64,000 nt of DNA from contig CM059453.1 in the NCBI GenBank assembly GCA_030390025.1, forward strand, positions 7,068,001-7,132,000, written 5' to 3'. Of this stretch, positions 47,321 to 60,293 are shown in pieces. The notes beneath the pieces were generated by a model. The model ran no database searches. It was not told the origin of the DNA and saw only the letters and a program-made list of their open reading frames with translations. This DNA is from Squalus acanthias. Its lineage: Eukaryota. Numbering within the stretch: position 1 is the stretch's first letter; each line of letters opens with the position of its first letter. The translations under genes were made by a program, and so were the position numbers.

Positions 47321-50300
47321 ATTGATTCTTGCTCAAAAATGGTGAGACCAGTGTTAGAAGAGGATCACGATGTAACGCATAATTTGTCATTCTTTAGTGT
47401 ATACAATGCTTTATTAAAAAGTCATAAATCGTTTACCTTGCTATCTGTTACTTGAGCTCAGTGGAGCTGAGAGTGGAACACTTGACATACATTCAAAATA
47501 AGCATCCACCTTTCCCCGGTCAGGCACAGTGCAGCCAATTGAAGGAATAGGCTCCTGTTAAGGCTTCTGTACAGCAACTGCAAATCAGCCCCTTTTACCT
47601 GTTTGTGGTGCTGACAGTGTAAATATTTCTGGGGGATTATATTTAGTTAGTGACATTGCAAATGCACATCGGGAACACTTCCCTTCTTCAGTATCTCCAC
47701 TGAAATCGCAAACGTTCCCTGGGTGTTATGATTGCAATAGAAATAAGCATTACCATGAGGGTCACACTGTGACTAAAACACAGCCTCCGGAGGAATATTC
47801 CGACAATCTCCTTCATATGAGTCTCTAATTCAGGTCAAGAGAGGCCAACCGAACAACTAAGATTATAAAATATGTTATAATAATAGGACTCTGGTTATTT
47901 CTACCTCTTTATCAGTGGTGCAATAAGTGCTCACTTTTCACATTTGTCTGTCAGGTCAGTGGTATTTATCATATATATTAGATTATGTATTTACTCTGTT
48001 GTAAATTAGCACAATAATTCCGCTAGATTTCGGAGCCTGGATACATGAGCAGGTCCCAAACCAACATCCACAGCTCCCAGTGCGAGATACAATGAACAAT
48101 CTTCATCTCCCCACCGTTATCAATTAGCCAACCATGATGTGAGATTCAATGAATGAGACACTGGGCTTCAGGGATAATCAATAACTGTTCCAATGTACGA
48201 CACAATAGGTACATTACACATCGCCACAGGTAGTCGATTCAGACCACCCACACCGAGATACAATGCGTGGTTCAGGTGCCCTCAGGAAAGTTCATTTGAT
48301 AGCCCCGTCTGCAATATTCAATGGGAAATCTACATATGTCCATTGCCAATCTACTAACCACCGCCAATGTGAGATATATTGGGTGAGGTGCAACCTCTTA
48401 TGAAAATTAACTTTAACATAGTGCCTTGAAGTACAAAACGTCCTGAAGCACTTGCACAGTTTATAGCATGAGAAGTACATTCCAAGACAGTGGAGAAAGT
48501 TTAAGAGATTTAGAGAGAGAGTAAATTGAAGGCAAGCACAAAAAGATGGCGTTGAAGGAAAATAGAGACATAGAGAGGGGAAGTGGATATAATGGGGTTT
48601 CCACAAGGCCTAGGCAACAGTTATTCCTGGGAACTAATGGTGGAATGCATGGAAGGGAGAAATGCACAGGTCGTCACATTTTTTTTAATGAATCATGAGA
48701 TGTGGGCGTCGCTGACAAGGCCAACATTGATTGCTTATCCCTAATTGACCTTGAAAAGGTGGTTGTGAGCCGCCTTCTTGAACCGCTGCAGTCCGTGTGG
48801 TGAAGTGACTCCCGCAGTGCTGTTAGGGATGGAGTTCCAGGATTTTGAATCAGCGACGATGAAGGAACGGCGATATAATTCCAAGTCAGGGTGATGTGTG
48901 ACTTGGAGGAGAACTTGGAGGTTGTGGTGTTCCCATGCGCCTGCTGCCCTTGTCCTTCCAGGTGGAAGGGGCCTTTGGTTTGGGAGGTGCTGCCAATGAA
49001 GCCTTGGCGAGTTGCTGCAGTGCATCTTGTAGATGGTACACACTGCAGCCACGATATGCCGGTGGTGGAGGGAGTGAATGTTTAAGGTGGTGGATGGGGT
49101 GACGATCAAACATGCAGAACACTGAAAGGTGCTGGAAAGTATATTTGGAAAAAATTGCAGAGTTTAAAAGGAGAACTGTTATGACATGGAGTGCACTGCC
49201 TGAAGCTGTGATAGTATCAAATTCAATAGTAACTTTCTGAAATGAACTGGAGTTATACTTTAAAAGGAATAATTTGCAGGGTCATGGAGAAAGAACAGGC
49301 GCGTGGGACTAACTGGATATCTCTTTGAAAGAGACGGCACAGGCACGATGGGGTGAATAATGACCTTCTGTACTGTATTATTCTATGATTCTAACAATAA
49401 ACATCAGAACAGGAATGTTGGAGAGGCGGGTCAGTATGGTTTCCTGAAACTCAGTGCAAAAGCCAACAATAACTTATTTGCCATCACAGTATAACAGATT
49501 GCAATGTTCCAATTCAATTTAAAAACCACGTTGATTTCCATAAAATTACTGTGTGTTCCAAGCATCAAACAGAGATTTGCATGAAATGTCTCACCGAGTC
49601 ACCTTGTTAAAACCCCACCCTTTACTAGGATTCAACCTAATACACCCAGAATCTGTGTGCCAGTAAGAGCAGAGTGTCTTAACAAGAGGAATGTAGCAAG
49701 CTTTACAACTAGTTCCGGATGCATTTAGCTTGGATAACAGAAGATTCATGGGTCTGGTCTCCAAAGTGATTGAAATGGCAGTTGGAGCGCTTCCTTCTAT
49801 TGAGAGGATGTGTGGAAATCGAGCAGATCACAATACGTGTCACATCTGTTGGACAATGGTGGAAAGTGCATTACATCAGGAAGAAGACATTATCCGGCCA
49901 CAGCTGCTTCGATCTGCACACGCTGTAACAACTTTCGATAGTCTATGTTGGGGAGGGTGAGGTGGACTCGGAGTTTATCTTGGCAAGATAAAGGATGTCT
50001 GCGTCATTTGGGCTCAGATGTGTCTGATCATGCAGTGACAAATAGCCCATGTAATACCGGCGGTCGGCCACTATGTGGCGCTGTTGGATTTAGACGCTTT
50101 TCTCAATCACAATGAGCACAAGGAACAAACATGACCTCAGGCTGCCGAAGGAATCAGAGAAATTGCAACAAATAGCAATTCAAAATGCAATTGCAGATAT
50201 TCCAGGACTCTAACAATCCAAGGAGCAATTCAACAATAATATGTCCCCATCCCAGCTAACCTGGGCCAGGCACTTAAAGATCAGTCAGTCCTCCCGCTCC

Positions 50301-51384
50301 GGTCTAAATCCCCACAGACACTCTTTGTTAGACTTGCAAGTTAAAAATGGGCAATTGTTTGAGTTACTGGCGGGAATGTATTTTAATAATAGACAAGCAT
50401 TTCACAACAGGGGAAAAATTGCAACATGGGAGAGGCGTGGAAAAATACAGCGGCATAATTTTTAATTCATTCTTGGGATGTGGGCGTCGCTGGCATGGCC
50501 TCGTTTATTGCTCATTCCTAGTTGCCCTTGAGAAGGTGGTGGTGGGCCTTCTTCTTGAAATGCTGCAGTCCGTGTGGCGAAGCTGCTCCCACATTGCTGT
50601 TAGGGAGGGAGTTCCAGGATTTTGACCCAGTGATGTTGAAGAGATGGTCGTATATTTCCTAGTCAGGGTGGGTTGTGACTTGGAGGGGAACTTGGAGGTG
50701 AGGGAGTTCCCATGCACCTATTGTCCTGATATGGAGGCAGTGACATCTTCCTTGTGTCTTACTTTCTGATTATAGGGATAAATGCACAATCCCATTCTCC
50801 AAGCAGTGGGCCGAACATGCAGCGGTGGTTGTTCAGAGAATCGCGCTCAGTGTTGCAGCCTATCGCCGACCCGTGCTTCCTGTAATTCACTGTCAACTCT
50901 GAGCTCTCACTTTGCAGTACAGTTTAAATACTGAGCTGCAAACACAACAAGTCCTTTCAAGATGCAGCATAGAGTATAAGATGGATGGTGCCTGACCACA
51001 GATAAACTCATTCTGGTTCAATTGTCCAGAATGATTCACACCCAAGAACGTCATAGATAGCAGCGGGCTGACGGCTGTAGTAACCACATACAGGGGCTCA
51101 TTATAGAACCCAGCAATTCACACCTCTGCTTTGGTGCAATAATGGCACACGGTGTAAATAAACCCACCTCGGTGCAGCCACAGTGAATGAGGCACAGAGC
51201 AAGCACCATAGGAACATTCTGTGTTAAACCCCAACTGTGCCCCGAAGTTGACCACACCTCACATCACCTGACATTCTCAAAGCAAACTGGGCCTTGTGTG
51301 GAGCATAATTAAGCAGAGTGCATTACACAAACCTTCATTCTGTGATTCACCAGACATACGGCATCAACTGTTGTTAATACAAAA

Positions 51385-51975
51385 CTGGGCCCTGGAGCTG
51401 AACACATCTCCCTAAATGAGTCCCTGAAACCCAACTGGGCCCTGGATCTGTACAGACAATTCTAATCTAATCTAGACAGTCAAACCAAGCGGGCGCCTGG
51501 ATTGAACACACAATCAATAAACTAGTCAAGAAAGAAACAGAAGAAAAAACATTTGCAGTCCTCAATCTGAACACACATCCCTAAATGTGTCCAGAAAACC
51601 CAACTGGTCTCTGGGCCTGAACATATATTTTTATACTGGTCACTAAATCCAAGCTGTGACCTGGGTCTGAACACACATCCCTTAACTAGTCAGTAAAGCC
51701 AAGCTGAGACCTGGGTCCGAACACGCATCCCTAAGCTAGTCAATAAAGGCAAGCTGAGACCTGGTTCTGAACATACATCCCTAAACTAGTCAGTCAAACC
51801 AAACTGGGCCCGCAAACTGGATAGAAAAACAAACAAACTGGGCCCTGGATCTGAACCCAAGCCCACCAACACACACACAATGCAACGGGTGTCTCCACTT
51901 ATGATTTTATCATCTTATTTGTTTAACAAGAAGAACTGGGCCCTGGAACTGAACTCACATCCCTAAACTAGCCTG
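51385..51975. repeat. 50-bp minisatellite
   Basis: Same unit as 7141 and 31780. Confidence 0.9.
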
Positions 51976-54084
51976 AAAATCCAAAGTGTGACATGGAGCT
52001 TAACAAACATTCCCTGTCTCCCTCTTTCTCAGTCATATTCTCTCTCACAGGCTTTCTCTCTCTCACACTTTATTCTGTAGAAAACCTAATAGGTACCATG
52101 AAAATTTGATCTTAAGAAGCTGAGATTCTTGAAGTAAATATTGGCCTAATATTTATGTTATTAAATAGAGTGCAAGAACTCTATCTAATAGTTACAGCAA
52201 CAGGTGGTACTAGGAAGTTACCAGGTGCAGCAAGTACTGTGAGAGAAATTAAGTGTGGTAGAATTTGATATTGTCAGTGGCATAAAGAAATTAAGGGAAC
52301 TGCTTAACTCAACAACAGGGTCGTGCTTAACAAAACCTGCAAAAAGCACATAGAATACCAACAATGAGATAATAAATACATGAAAGAAATAGAAAATGCA
52401 GACTATTAATGCAGTGTGAATGAAATCAGTGCAATGTGGAATATCATAGGTGGTGGTGGTGGATGTAGGTTTGGGCGGAGAGGTGGGGGTGGAGATTATT
52501 CCCGAGACAAAAGAAAAAATAAGCAATTTGCTCAGGAAAATGTAACGGAATTCAGATTTAGATCTGTGAAAATGGAAAAGAGTGAGCTGTTCAAACTGCA
52601 CGAGGCTCATCCGAGGTGCTTTACTGAGATCTATAAGGTAAGGTAGCGATTGATCACTAACCCCTTCATGGTAGCAGTGATACGGTCCTCTTATCTTCAA
52701 AATAAGCTGAACTGATTCTGCTTCTTAATCTGATTCCAAATGCGCCCAGTTTGAAGCTGGACTGTGTTCGAATGAGGTGCCCGTTTGTATCCAGGATTTG
52801 ATCCCACTGATCAATTTGCATGGATTTCTTCCCGTAGATAAAAATAAACACTTTGTTTCCAGCAGCATTGAACCTCCAATCTGAAAGCTCACGTCACACC
52901 TCACAGTTCTAGCACTAAAGTCAGAAACTTCATAAACCCGTCATTGTAGCAACTCGGATCTCAATGAGTTAATTTCAGCTGATTTCATCTCGCTGCAGTG
53001 TCATTATAAACAATTGAAATCACTTCTATAAATGACACTTTACCCACTTGAAACTGTTTACTGATAAACTCCTTTGTATCTTTTGACATTTCAGAGACGT
53101 GTTGTGTCCCCGAACTACTGAAGGTGATCAACCCACACGTCTGCAGACAACGGCTACAGGACTAACCACAGCTTCACACTTCAAACACTCACAGTTCAAG
53201 TGCTGATAAATAGCTCAATGTGTGGGAGTTGTGTGTCGGGGCTTCTGAAGCTGATGCAGAGGATATTTTAGATATTGCAATCTTAGGTGCCACCGGCTGT
53301 CCTGTAAGAGTGCAGATGATGAGGGGGCTGGTTTCATCTCTGCTCAGGGTTAATCAGCAGTAGCTGGGCCTCATTATATCGTGTAACTGAGGGCCAATCA
53401 CTGATGCACACTGTCATACTCGAAGTGGCCCCAGATTTCCAGCAGTTTTGATCATCAACATTTGAGGAGTGGCGCAAGCTGTGTGAGCTACCGGGGCTTC
53501 CAATGATTGGTGGGTGGCGAACTGCTGACCGCCTAATACTCTGATTCGATTCGCTTCGACCTCCAGCCTATTGCCGGCGAATGGAATGCAGAAATGTGAC
53601 TTTTCTGTGATAAAATCAATTTCTGTCATTTTGACATCGTGAACCGCCTCCAGTCATTAAGAGTATTAGATTTATCTCCATTCTGATATTTAGCGAAGTA
53701 AAATATTCATTTTTAATAATTAATGTCAGAAGCGATTTCCATTTTTTGGCAAATTAAACGATTAATTGTTTGTGGAGATAGTACATGTTTAGTTGGTAAT
53801 TTACAAATTCTCGATTTGCGCATTTAATGTATATTTTATTCGAAACGTTATCTTGTATTTAATACGATTGATTTAATATTTACCCTATGGTTTATCGGTT
53901 TTCAAATGAATAACTAATAGAATCTGAAGAGTTGTAATTAAAATGTTTAATTGATTTACTAATGAATATGTTGGTGGGTGTTTAAAGGTTAAATTAATGG
54001 TATTTAACTTGTCGGTCAGGGTATGTTTTAATTGCGATATTATTGCGGCTTTCAATGGGTGTTTAATTTCTATTTTTTCAGCAG

Positions 54085-54465
54085 TTGTCCATAGTTCACG
54101 ATGGTCTGTGAAGGTGCCGTGGAATGTGTCGGCGGTGAACGGGTCATGTGCAGAGATCCCGTGTACATTTGATTATCCCGCCTATGGCCGCTGTCCACAG
54201 GGTTTGTGGTTAAAGGGGGGTCCTGATCCGGGTATCTCAGGGGTGTCGATTATCTGTGATTCCCGGGATTCAGACAACGTGCCCTTGAACTATAGAGGGC
54301 GAGCTCAGTTCCCCAGCGACTTTGAAAAGAAACAATGTTCCTTACGGTTAAAGGACATCAGGAAGGTCGATAAAGGTGTTTATTATATCAAATTGAAGAT
54401 CATCAATGCCCAGAATAATATAGAAGGCTTTTCTACCGAATCTAAGGTCACTCTTTCTATTTTAG
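54085..54465 (+). CDS. Copy 3 V-set Ig exon (essential Arg replaced by Lys, AAA 54390-92)
   Basis: gcag|TT GTC CAT...[13 protein letters not shown]...CSLRL...DKGVYYIK...G|gtaagt. Confidence 0.9.
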
Positions 54466-54729
54466 GTAAGTTTTTTTGATTTGTTCCCTCTGTAGTTTAA
54501 ATTCCATGTCGCCAGTGCCATTTAATTTTAGCCTAAAATGGAAAGATCTCGTGTTACTTTTGGCCCATGTCACAGGCTACACCGGCAGGACTGGTCCATT
54601 GTGTAATACCGAGGAGTGTGTTATATTTTGACTTGAACTGAAATGGGCCGCTCGCCTTCAATGTAACTTACAGAATCTCCCTCAGTTGATCAGTCAGTAA
54701 GTGCAATGCTCGATGGCATTGCCATCGAC

Positions 54730-55415
54730 ACGTCCCCCACCATCAACATCCTGGGGGTCACCATTGACCAGAAACTTAACTGGACCAGCCACATAAATAT
54801 TGTGGCGAAAAGCAGGTCAGAGACTAAGTATTCTGCGGCAAGTGTCTCACCTCCTGACTCGCAAGGCCTTTCCACCATCAACAAGGCACAAGTCCGGAGT
54901 GTGATGGAATACTCTCCACTTGCCTGGATGAGTGCAGCTCCAACAACACTCAAGAAGCGCGACACCGTCCAGGACAAAGCAGCCCTCTTGATTGGCACCC
55001 CATCCACCACCTTAAACATTCACTCCCTCCACCACCGGCGCACTGTGGCTGCAGTGTGTCCCATCCACAAGATGCACTGCAGCAACTCACCAAGGCTTCT
55101 TCGGCAGCACCTCCTAAACCCGCGAACTTTTCCACCAAGAAGGGCAAGGGCAGCAGGCGCATGGGAAAACCACCACCTCCAAGTTCCCCTCCAAGTCACA
55201 CACCATCCTGACTTGGAAATATATCACCGAACCTTCATCGTCGCTGGGTTAAAATCCTGGAACTCCCTCCCTAACAGCACTGTGGGAGTACCTTCACCAC
55301 ACGGACTGCAGCGGTTCAAGGCGGCGGCTCACCACCACCTTCTCAAGGGCAATTAGGGACGGGCAATAAATGCTGGCCTTGCCAGTGTCGCTCACATCCC
55401 ATGAATGAATAAAAG
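54730..55415 (+). mobile_element. L2/Crack-like LINE fragment, ortholog of 18685-19375
   Basis: ORF 54706-55356, with the same flanks as in copy 1. Confidence 0.87.
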
Positions 55416-55645
55416 AAAAATCCAATCCCTCAAGTTTCTGGAAAAATAAATCAAGGTTTGTACTTCTAATGGACAGGTCAGAGGACATGTTCAATATTTA
55501 GGAGGGATTGCTCCAATAAGATAATTTACAGGCCCCCATATCATAGGGTCATGTTTCAAAGTCTTTGAGCTAAATCAACTTGCACACCATTGGCCATTTT
55601 TACATTAAAATGTACGGTAACGCGAATGTCTTTTTCTCCTTACAG

Positions 55646-55957
55646 ATAAACCACGGATATCAGTCTCGGGGGAATTCATTGCAGGAAAGCCAGCACACCT
55701 GACCTGCTCAGTCACCCACAGTTGCCCGTCCGCCAACCTTGAATTGATGTGGACCCATGACAATGTTGTACCTCCATTTCTGCCAGAGATTAAAACTTCA
55801 AAAGAACATGATAACACTTTCCAGGATTCCCAGAATGTTTCATCCACTTTCAGCTTCAGCCCATCACTGAACCATCATGGGAAGAAGTTGGGATGTAAAC
55901 TTATTTTCGACGGTGTCATAGCTGCTGATGAAGAAACTCTTACACTGGATGTTAAAA
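55646..55957 (+). CDS. Copy 3 Ig2 exon (open)
   Basis: tacag|ATAAACCA...[11 protein letters not shown]...LGCKL...A|gtaagt; 312 nt. Confidence 0.9.
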
Positions 55958-56264
55958 GTAAGTGCCTGCTCTACGCTTCATTCAACCAACTTATTGATGA
56001 ACCGGTTCAATAGATGTATTTTTGCTGAATGTAATGATAGCGCGCCTGGATATTCAACTAATCGAAGTGACTATCCACTATTTCTTGTAAGTAACATTAT
56101 TTGACATTTGCCCCAGAACATGGAGTAATATTGGTCGTTCCAAGAGTATGGTTTATCTGAAATGTTATTGCTAAGACTCCCAATGTCTAATCTCATTTCA
56201 GCCACAGAGTAACTGAAACATACAGGCCAAGGAGAGTCCATTCATGGTCTGAGCTAACTTACAT

Positions 56265-58430
56265 ACATACGCATGATATACGGCACAGAAACAGGCCATT
56301 CGGCCCAACCAGTCCATGCCGGCGTTTATGCTCCACTACAGTCTCCTCCCGTCTTTCCAAATAGAAACATAGAAGATAGGAGCAGGAGTAGGACATTCGG
56401 CCCCTCGAGCCTGCTCCGCCATTAAATGAGATCATGGCTGATCATCCAAACTCAGTACCCTGTACCTGCCTTCTCCCCATATCCCTTGATACCTTTAGCT
56501 TTAAGAAATATATCTAACTCATTCTTGAATATATTTAATGACTTGGCCTCAACTACCTTCTGTGGTAGTGAATTCCACATGTTCAACACTCTCTGGGTGA
56601 AGAAATTCTTCCTCATTTCTGTCCAAAATGGCTTACCCCTTATCCTTAGATTATGACCTCTGGTTCTGGACTCTCCGACCATCGGGAACATTCTTCCTGC
56701 ATCTAGTTTGTCCAGACCTGTCAGAATTTTATATGTTTCGATGAGATCCCCTCTCATTCTTCTATGCTCCAGCGAGTATAAGCCCAATCGACCCAATCTC
56801 TCCTCATATGTCATTCCTGCCATCCCAGGTATCAGCCTTGTGAATCTTCGCGGAACTCCCTCCATGGCAAGAACATCCTTCCTCAGATAAGGCGACCAAA
56901 ACTGCACACAATACTGAAGGTGTGGTCTCACCAAGGCCCTGTACAACTACAGCAGGACATCCCTGTTCCTATACTCAAACCCTTTCGCTATGAAGGCCAA
57001 CATACCATTTGCCTTCTTTACCGCCTGCTGCACTTGCATGCTTACCTTCAGCGACTGGTGCACAAGGACACCCAGGTCTCGTTGCACTTCCCCTTCTCCC
57101 AATTTATTGCCATTCAGATAATAGTCTGCCTTTCTGTTTTTGACACCAAAGTGGATAACCTTGCGTTTATCCACGTTATATTGCATCTGCCACGCTTCTG
57201 CCCACTCACCCAACCTGTCCAAATCATCCTGGAGTTTTTCGGTATCCTCCTCGCAGCACACACTCCAACCCAGCTTTGTGTCATCTGCAAACTTGGAGAT
57301 ATTACATTTAGTTCCCTTATCTAGATCATTAATGTATATTGTGAATAGCTGGGGTCCAAGTACCGATCCCTGTGGTACCGCGCTAGTTACTGCTTGCCAC
57401 CCGGAAAAAGACCCATTAATTCCTACTCTTTGCTTTCTGTCCGCCAACCAGTTCTCTATCCAAGTCAATGCCTAGCCCCCAATCCCATGTGCCTTAACTT
57501 TACATGCTAATCTCGAATGCGGGACCCTTATCGAAAGCCTTTTGAAAGTCCAAATACACCACATTTATATTTTTTTCCAGTTACATCCTCAAAAAATTCC
57601 AGTAGATTAGTCAAGCTCGATTTACCTTTTGTAAATCCATGTTGACTTTTGACCGATCCTGTCACTGTTTTTCAACTTCTCAGCTATTACATCCTTTATA
57701 ATGGACTCTAGCATTTTCCAACAATACCGATATCAGGTAATTCCCCGCTTTCTCTCTACCACCCTTTTTGAATAGTGGGGTAACATTAGCTACCCTCCAA
57801 TCCATGGGTACAGTTCCAGATTCCATCGAATGTTGGAAGATGATCAGCAATCTAAATCTAAATCCATCAGCGTAACCCCCTATTCCCTTCTCCCTCATAT
57901 GCTTGTCCAGCCTCCCCTTAAGTGCATGTATTCTATTCACTTCAGCCAATCCCTGTGGTAGCGAGTTCCACATTCTCACCACTCTCTGGTTAAATACGTT
58001 TCTTCTGAATTCCATGTTGGATATCTTGGCGACCACGTTATATTGATGGCCTCTAGTTATGCTCTTCCCCAAAAGTGGAAACCTTCTCTCTGTATCCACT
58101 CTATGATTGGCATTCATAATTTTAAAGACCTCTATTAGGTCACCCCTCAGCCTTCTTTTTTCACGAGAAAAGAGATCCAGCCTGTTCATCCTTTCCTGAT
58201 ATGTATACCCTCGCATTTCTGTCATCGTCCTTGTAAATCTTCTCTGCTCCACCTGCAGTGCCTCTATATCCTTTTTATAATATGGCGACCAGAATTGCAC
58301 GCAGTACTCTAATTGTGGTCTAACCAAGGTTCGATACAGATTGAGCATAACTTCCCTACTTTTCAATTCTATCCCTCTCGGAATAAACCCTAGTGCTTGG
58401 TTTGCTTTTTTTATGGTCTTGCAAACCGGT
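56265..58430 (-). mobile_element. CR1 fragment with a second, younger CR1 nested at about 56360-57848
   Basis: The orthologous CR1 of copies 1 and 2 is split. The inner element has VPQGSVLGP...FADDTKL. Confidence 0.88.
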
Positions 58431-59284
58431 GGCGCAATTTAGCTGGAGCGGTAGTCAGGATTCTACAATTGGCCTCAGCACCCCTGTGTAAGAGATGGGA
58501 AAGTCCACCGTACCTGTTCTGGGAGGAATGAACACTTGGTTGATGTACTGGAGGATTAGAAACTGACGCGGGAAAACATATAACTCTCCAAATCCTTGAA
58601 GATCAGAGGGAAAAGATTGCTTATTTTTGAAATAAGCTTAAAATCTAGTGCGTAAAAGTCATGAGCTGCATTTTCAATTTATAGTTTACAAAAAAACCAA
58701 CATATCTTACTTTAATATTCTTATTTAGTTGTCACATAAATTGTTTTATTTTGCTCATCCGCACTGATAACCACATTTAGAACGAATGGCATCATCCCTT
58801 CCAGATGGCCCACAAAAAACAGCCATCAATTCCTTTATAGCGGCAGTGGAAGGGAGCACTTTATTATTATACTGCACGGCCCGGGGAACCATATCAGGCA
58901 ACTTAATATTGGTGCGTGGCTGACAATAACTTGGGCAAACCGAACAGCTCCACACTGATTTCTGTACAATGTAAGTACTGAGTCAACCTATCAAATGTAT
59001 ATTGGGACATCAACCCGTCTTACAGTGATTAGGAATCGATGTTTCTCCCCCAGTGTTCACACAACTGTCTCAAAACCCGTCAGTAATTTTGCCAGAAATG
59101 TCAGTAAAAGAAGGGTTCTTGAACCAAATTCATTGAGTAAAAGACACTGTTAAAAACCAACTGGAGACCCCAAGACACAACTCCAGGTAGAATGCATCTC
59201 TGATTGACTAAAACCAACTGAATGAATATGTGGGATGTGCAAAGGCAACATTTCTGTATGGTGGACTGATCCCAGTGGCCCTGA

Positions 59285-60036
59285 ATCATAGAGTGATAGA
59301 AATTTACAGCACAGAAGGAAACCATTCGGCCCACCTGGTCCGTGCAGGCCGACAAAGAGCTATCCACCCTAATATCAATTTCCAGCAATTGGTCCGTAGA
59401 CCTGTAGCTTACAGCAATTCAAGTGCATATCCAAGTACTTTTTAAATGTGATGAGGATCTCTGCTTCTACCACCCAATCAGGCAGTGAGTTCCAGACCCC
59501 CACCACCCTCTGGGTGAAAAAAATTCTCCTCAACTCCCCTCTAATCCTTCTCGCAATTTACTTTACATCTCTGCATTTGGTTATTGACCCTTCTGCTAAG
59601 GGAAATATGTCCTTCCTATCCACTCTATCTAGGCCACTCAAACGTTTATACACCTCAATTTGGTCTCCCCTCAATCTCCTCTGTTCCAAAGAAAACAACC
59701 TCAGCTTATCCAATCTTTCCTCATAGCAAAAATTCCCCAACCCAGGCAACGTCCTCGTAAATCTCCTCTGCATCCGCCCTAATGCAAACACATCCTTCCT
59801 ATAATGCGGTGACCAGAATTGCACGCAGTATTCTAGCTGCGGCCTAACTAGTGTCTTATCCAGTTCAAGCATAACCTCCCTGCTTTTATATTCTATGCCT
59901 CGGCTAATAAAGGCAAGGATCCCGCATGCCTTCTTAACCACCTAATCTACCTGTCCTTCTACCTTCAGGGATCTGTGGACATGCACTCCAAGGTCCGTCT
60001 GATCCTTTGCACTTCTCAGTGTCCTACCAGTTATAG
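59285..60036 (-). mobile_element. CR1 fragment (ortholog of 21830 and 37985), cut by the Gypsy insertion
   Basis: ORF 59558-59941. The sequence stops at ttatag|TGTCGT where the paralogs continue ttatagtgtattcc. Confidence 0.9.
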
Positions 60037-60230
60037 TGTCGTAAGAATGAGCCTTACGCGTGGTGAACTTAAAGTAAGCTTTAATCAACTAAAAAGGTGC
60101 TACATACAAAAGAGGTCTTACTCTATGCCTCTCCAGGATCCAACTGATCAGCCCAGTATTTATCCTGGACTAATCACAGGAAGTGATGTAATAAAGTTCG
60201 AGTCACAGGAAGCTGTATTGTGTTACCACA
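60037..60230 (-). repeat. Gypsy 3' LTR (194 bp)
   Basis: TG...CA ends with imperfect 8-bp inverted termini, directly downstream of the PPT on the - strand. Confidence 0.88.
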
Positions 60231-60293
60231 TTCTCCCCCCCCAAAAGATTAGGAGGCCGGGATGAAGTTCGAGTCACAGGAAGCTGTATTGTG

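Larger units (their letters stand above)
53656..58970 (+). pseudogene. Siglec-like receptor gene, copy 3 (pseudogene; 3' exons lie beyond the window). L 53656-53697, V 54085-54465, Ig2 55646-55957, Ig3 58805-58970
   Basis: Start ATG->ATT (53656), the leader has lost its phase-1 G, and Ig3 has a 92-bp deletion. V and Ig2 are open. Confidence 0.88.

Noticed and set aside
17601-58970. Assigning a gene symbol (MAG, CD22, SIGLEC1, SIGLEC15)
   Set aside because: Four Ig domains and divergent sequence do not fit a clear ortholog without a phylogeny.
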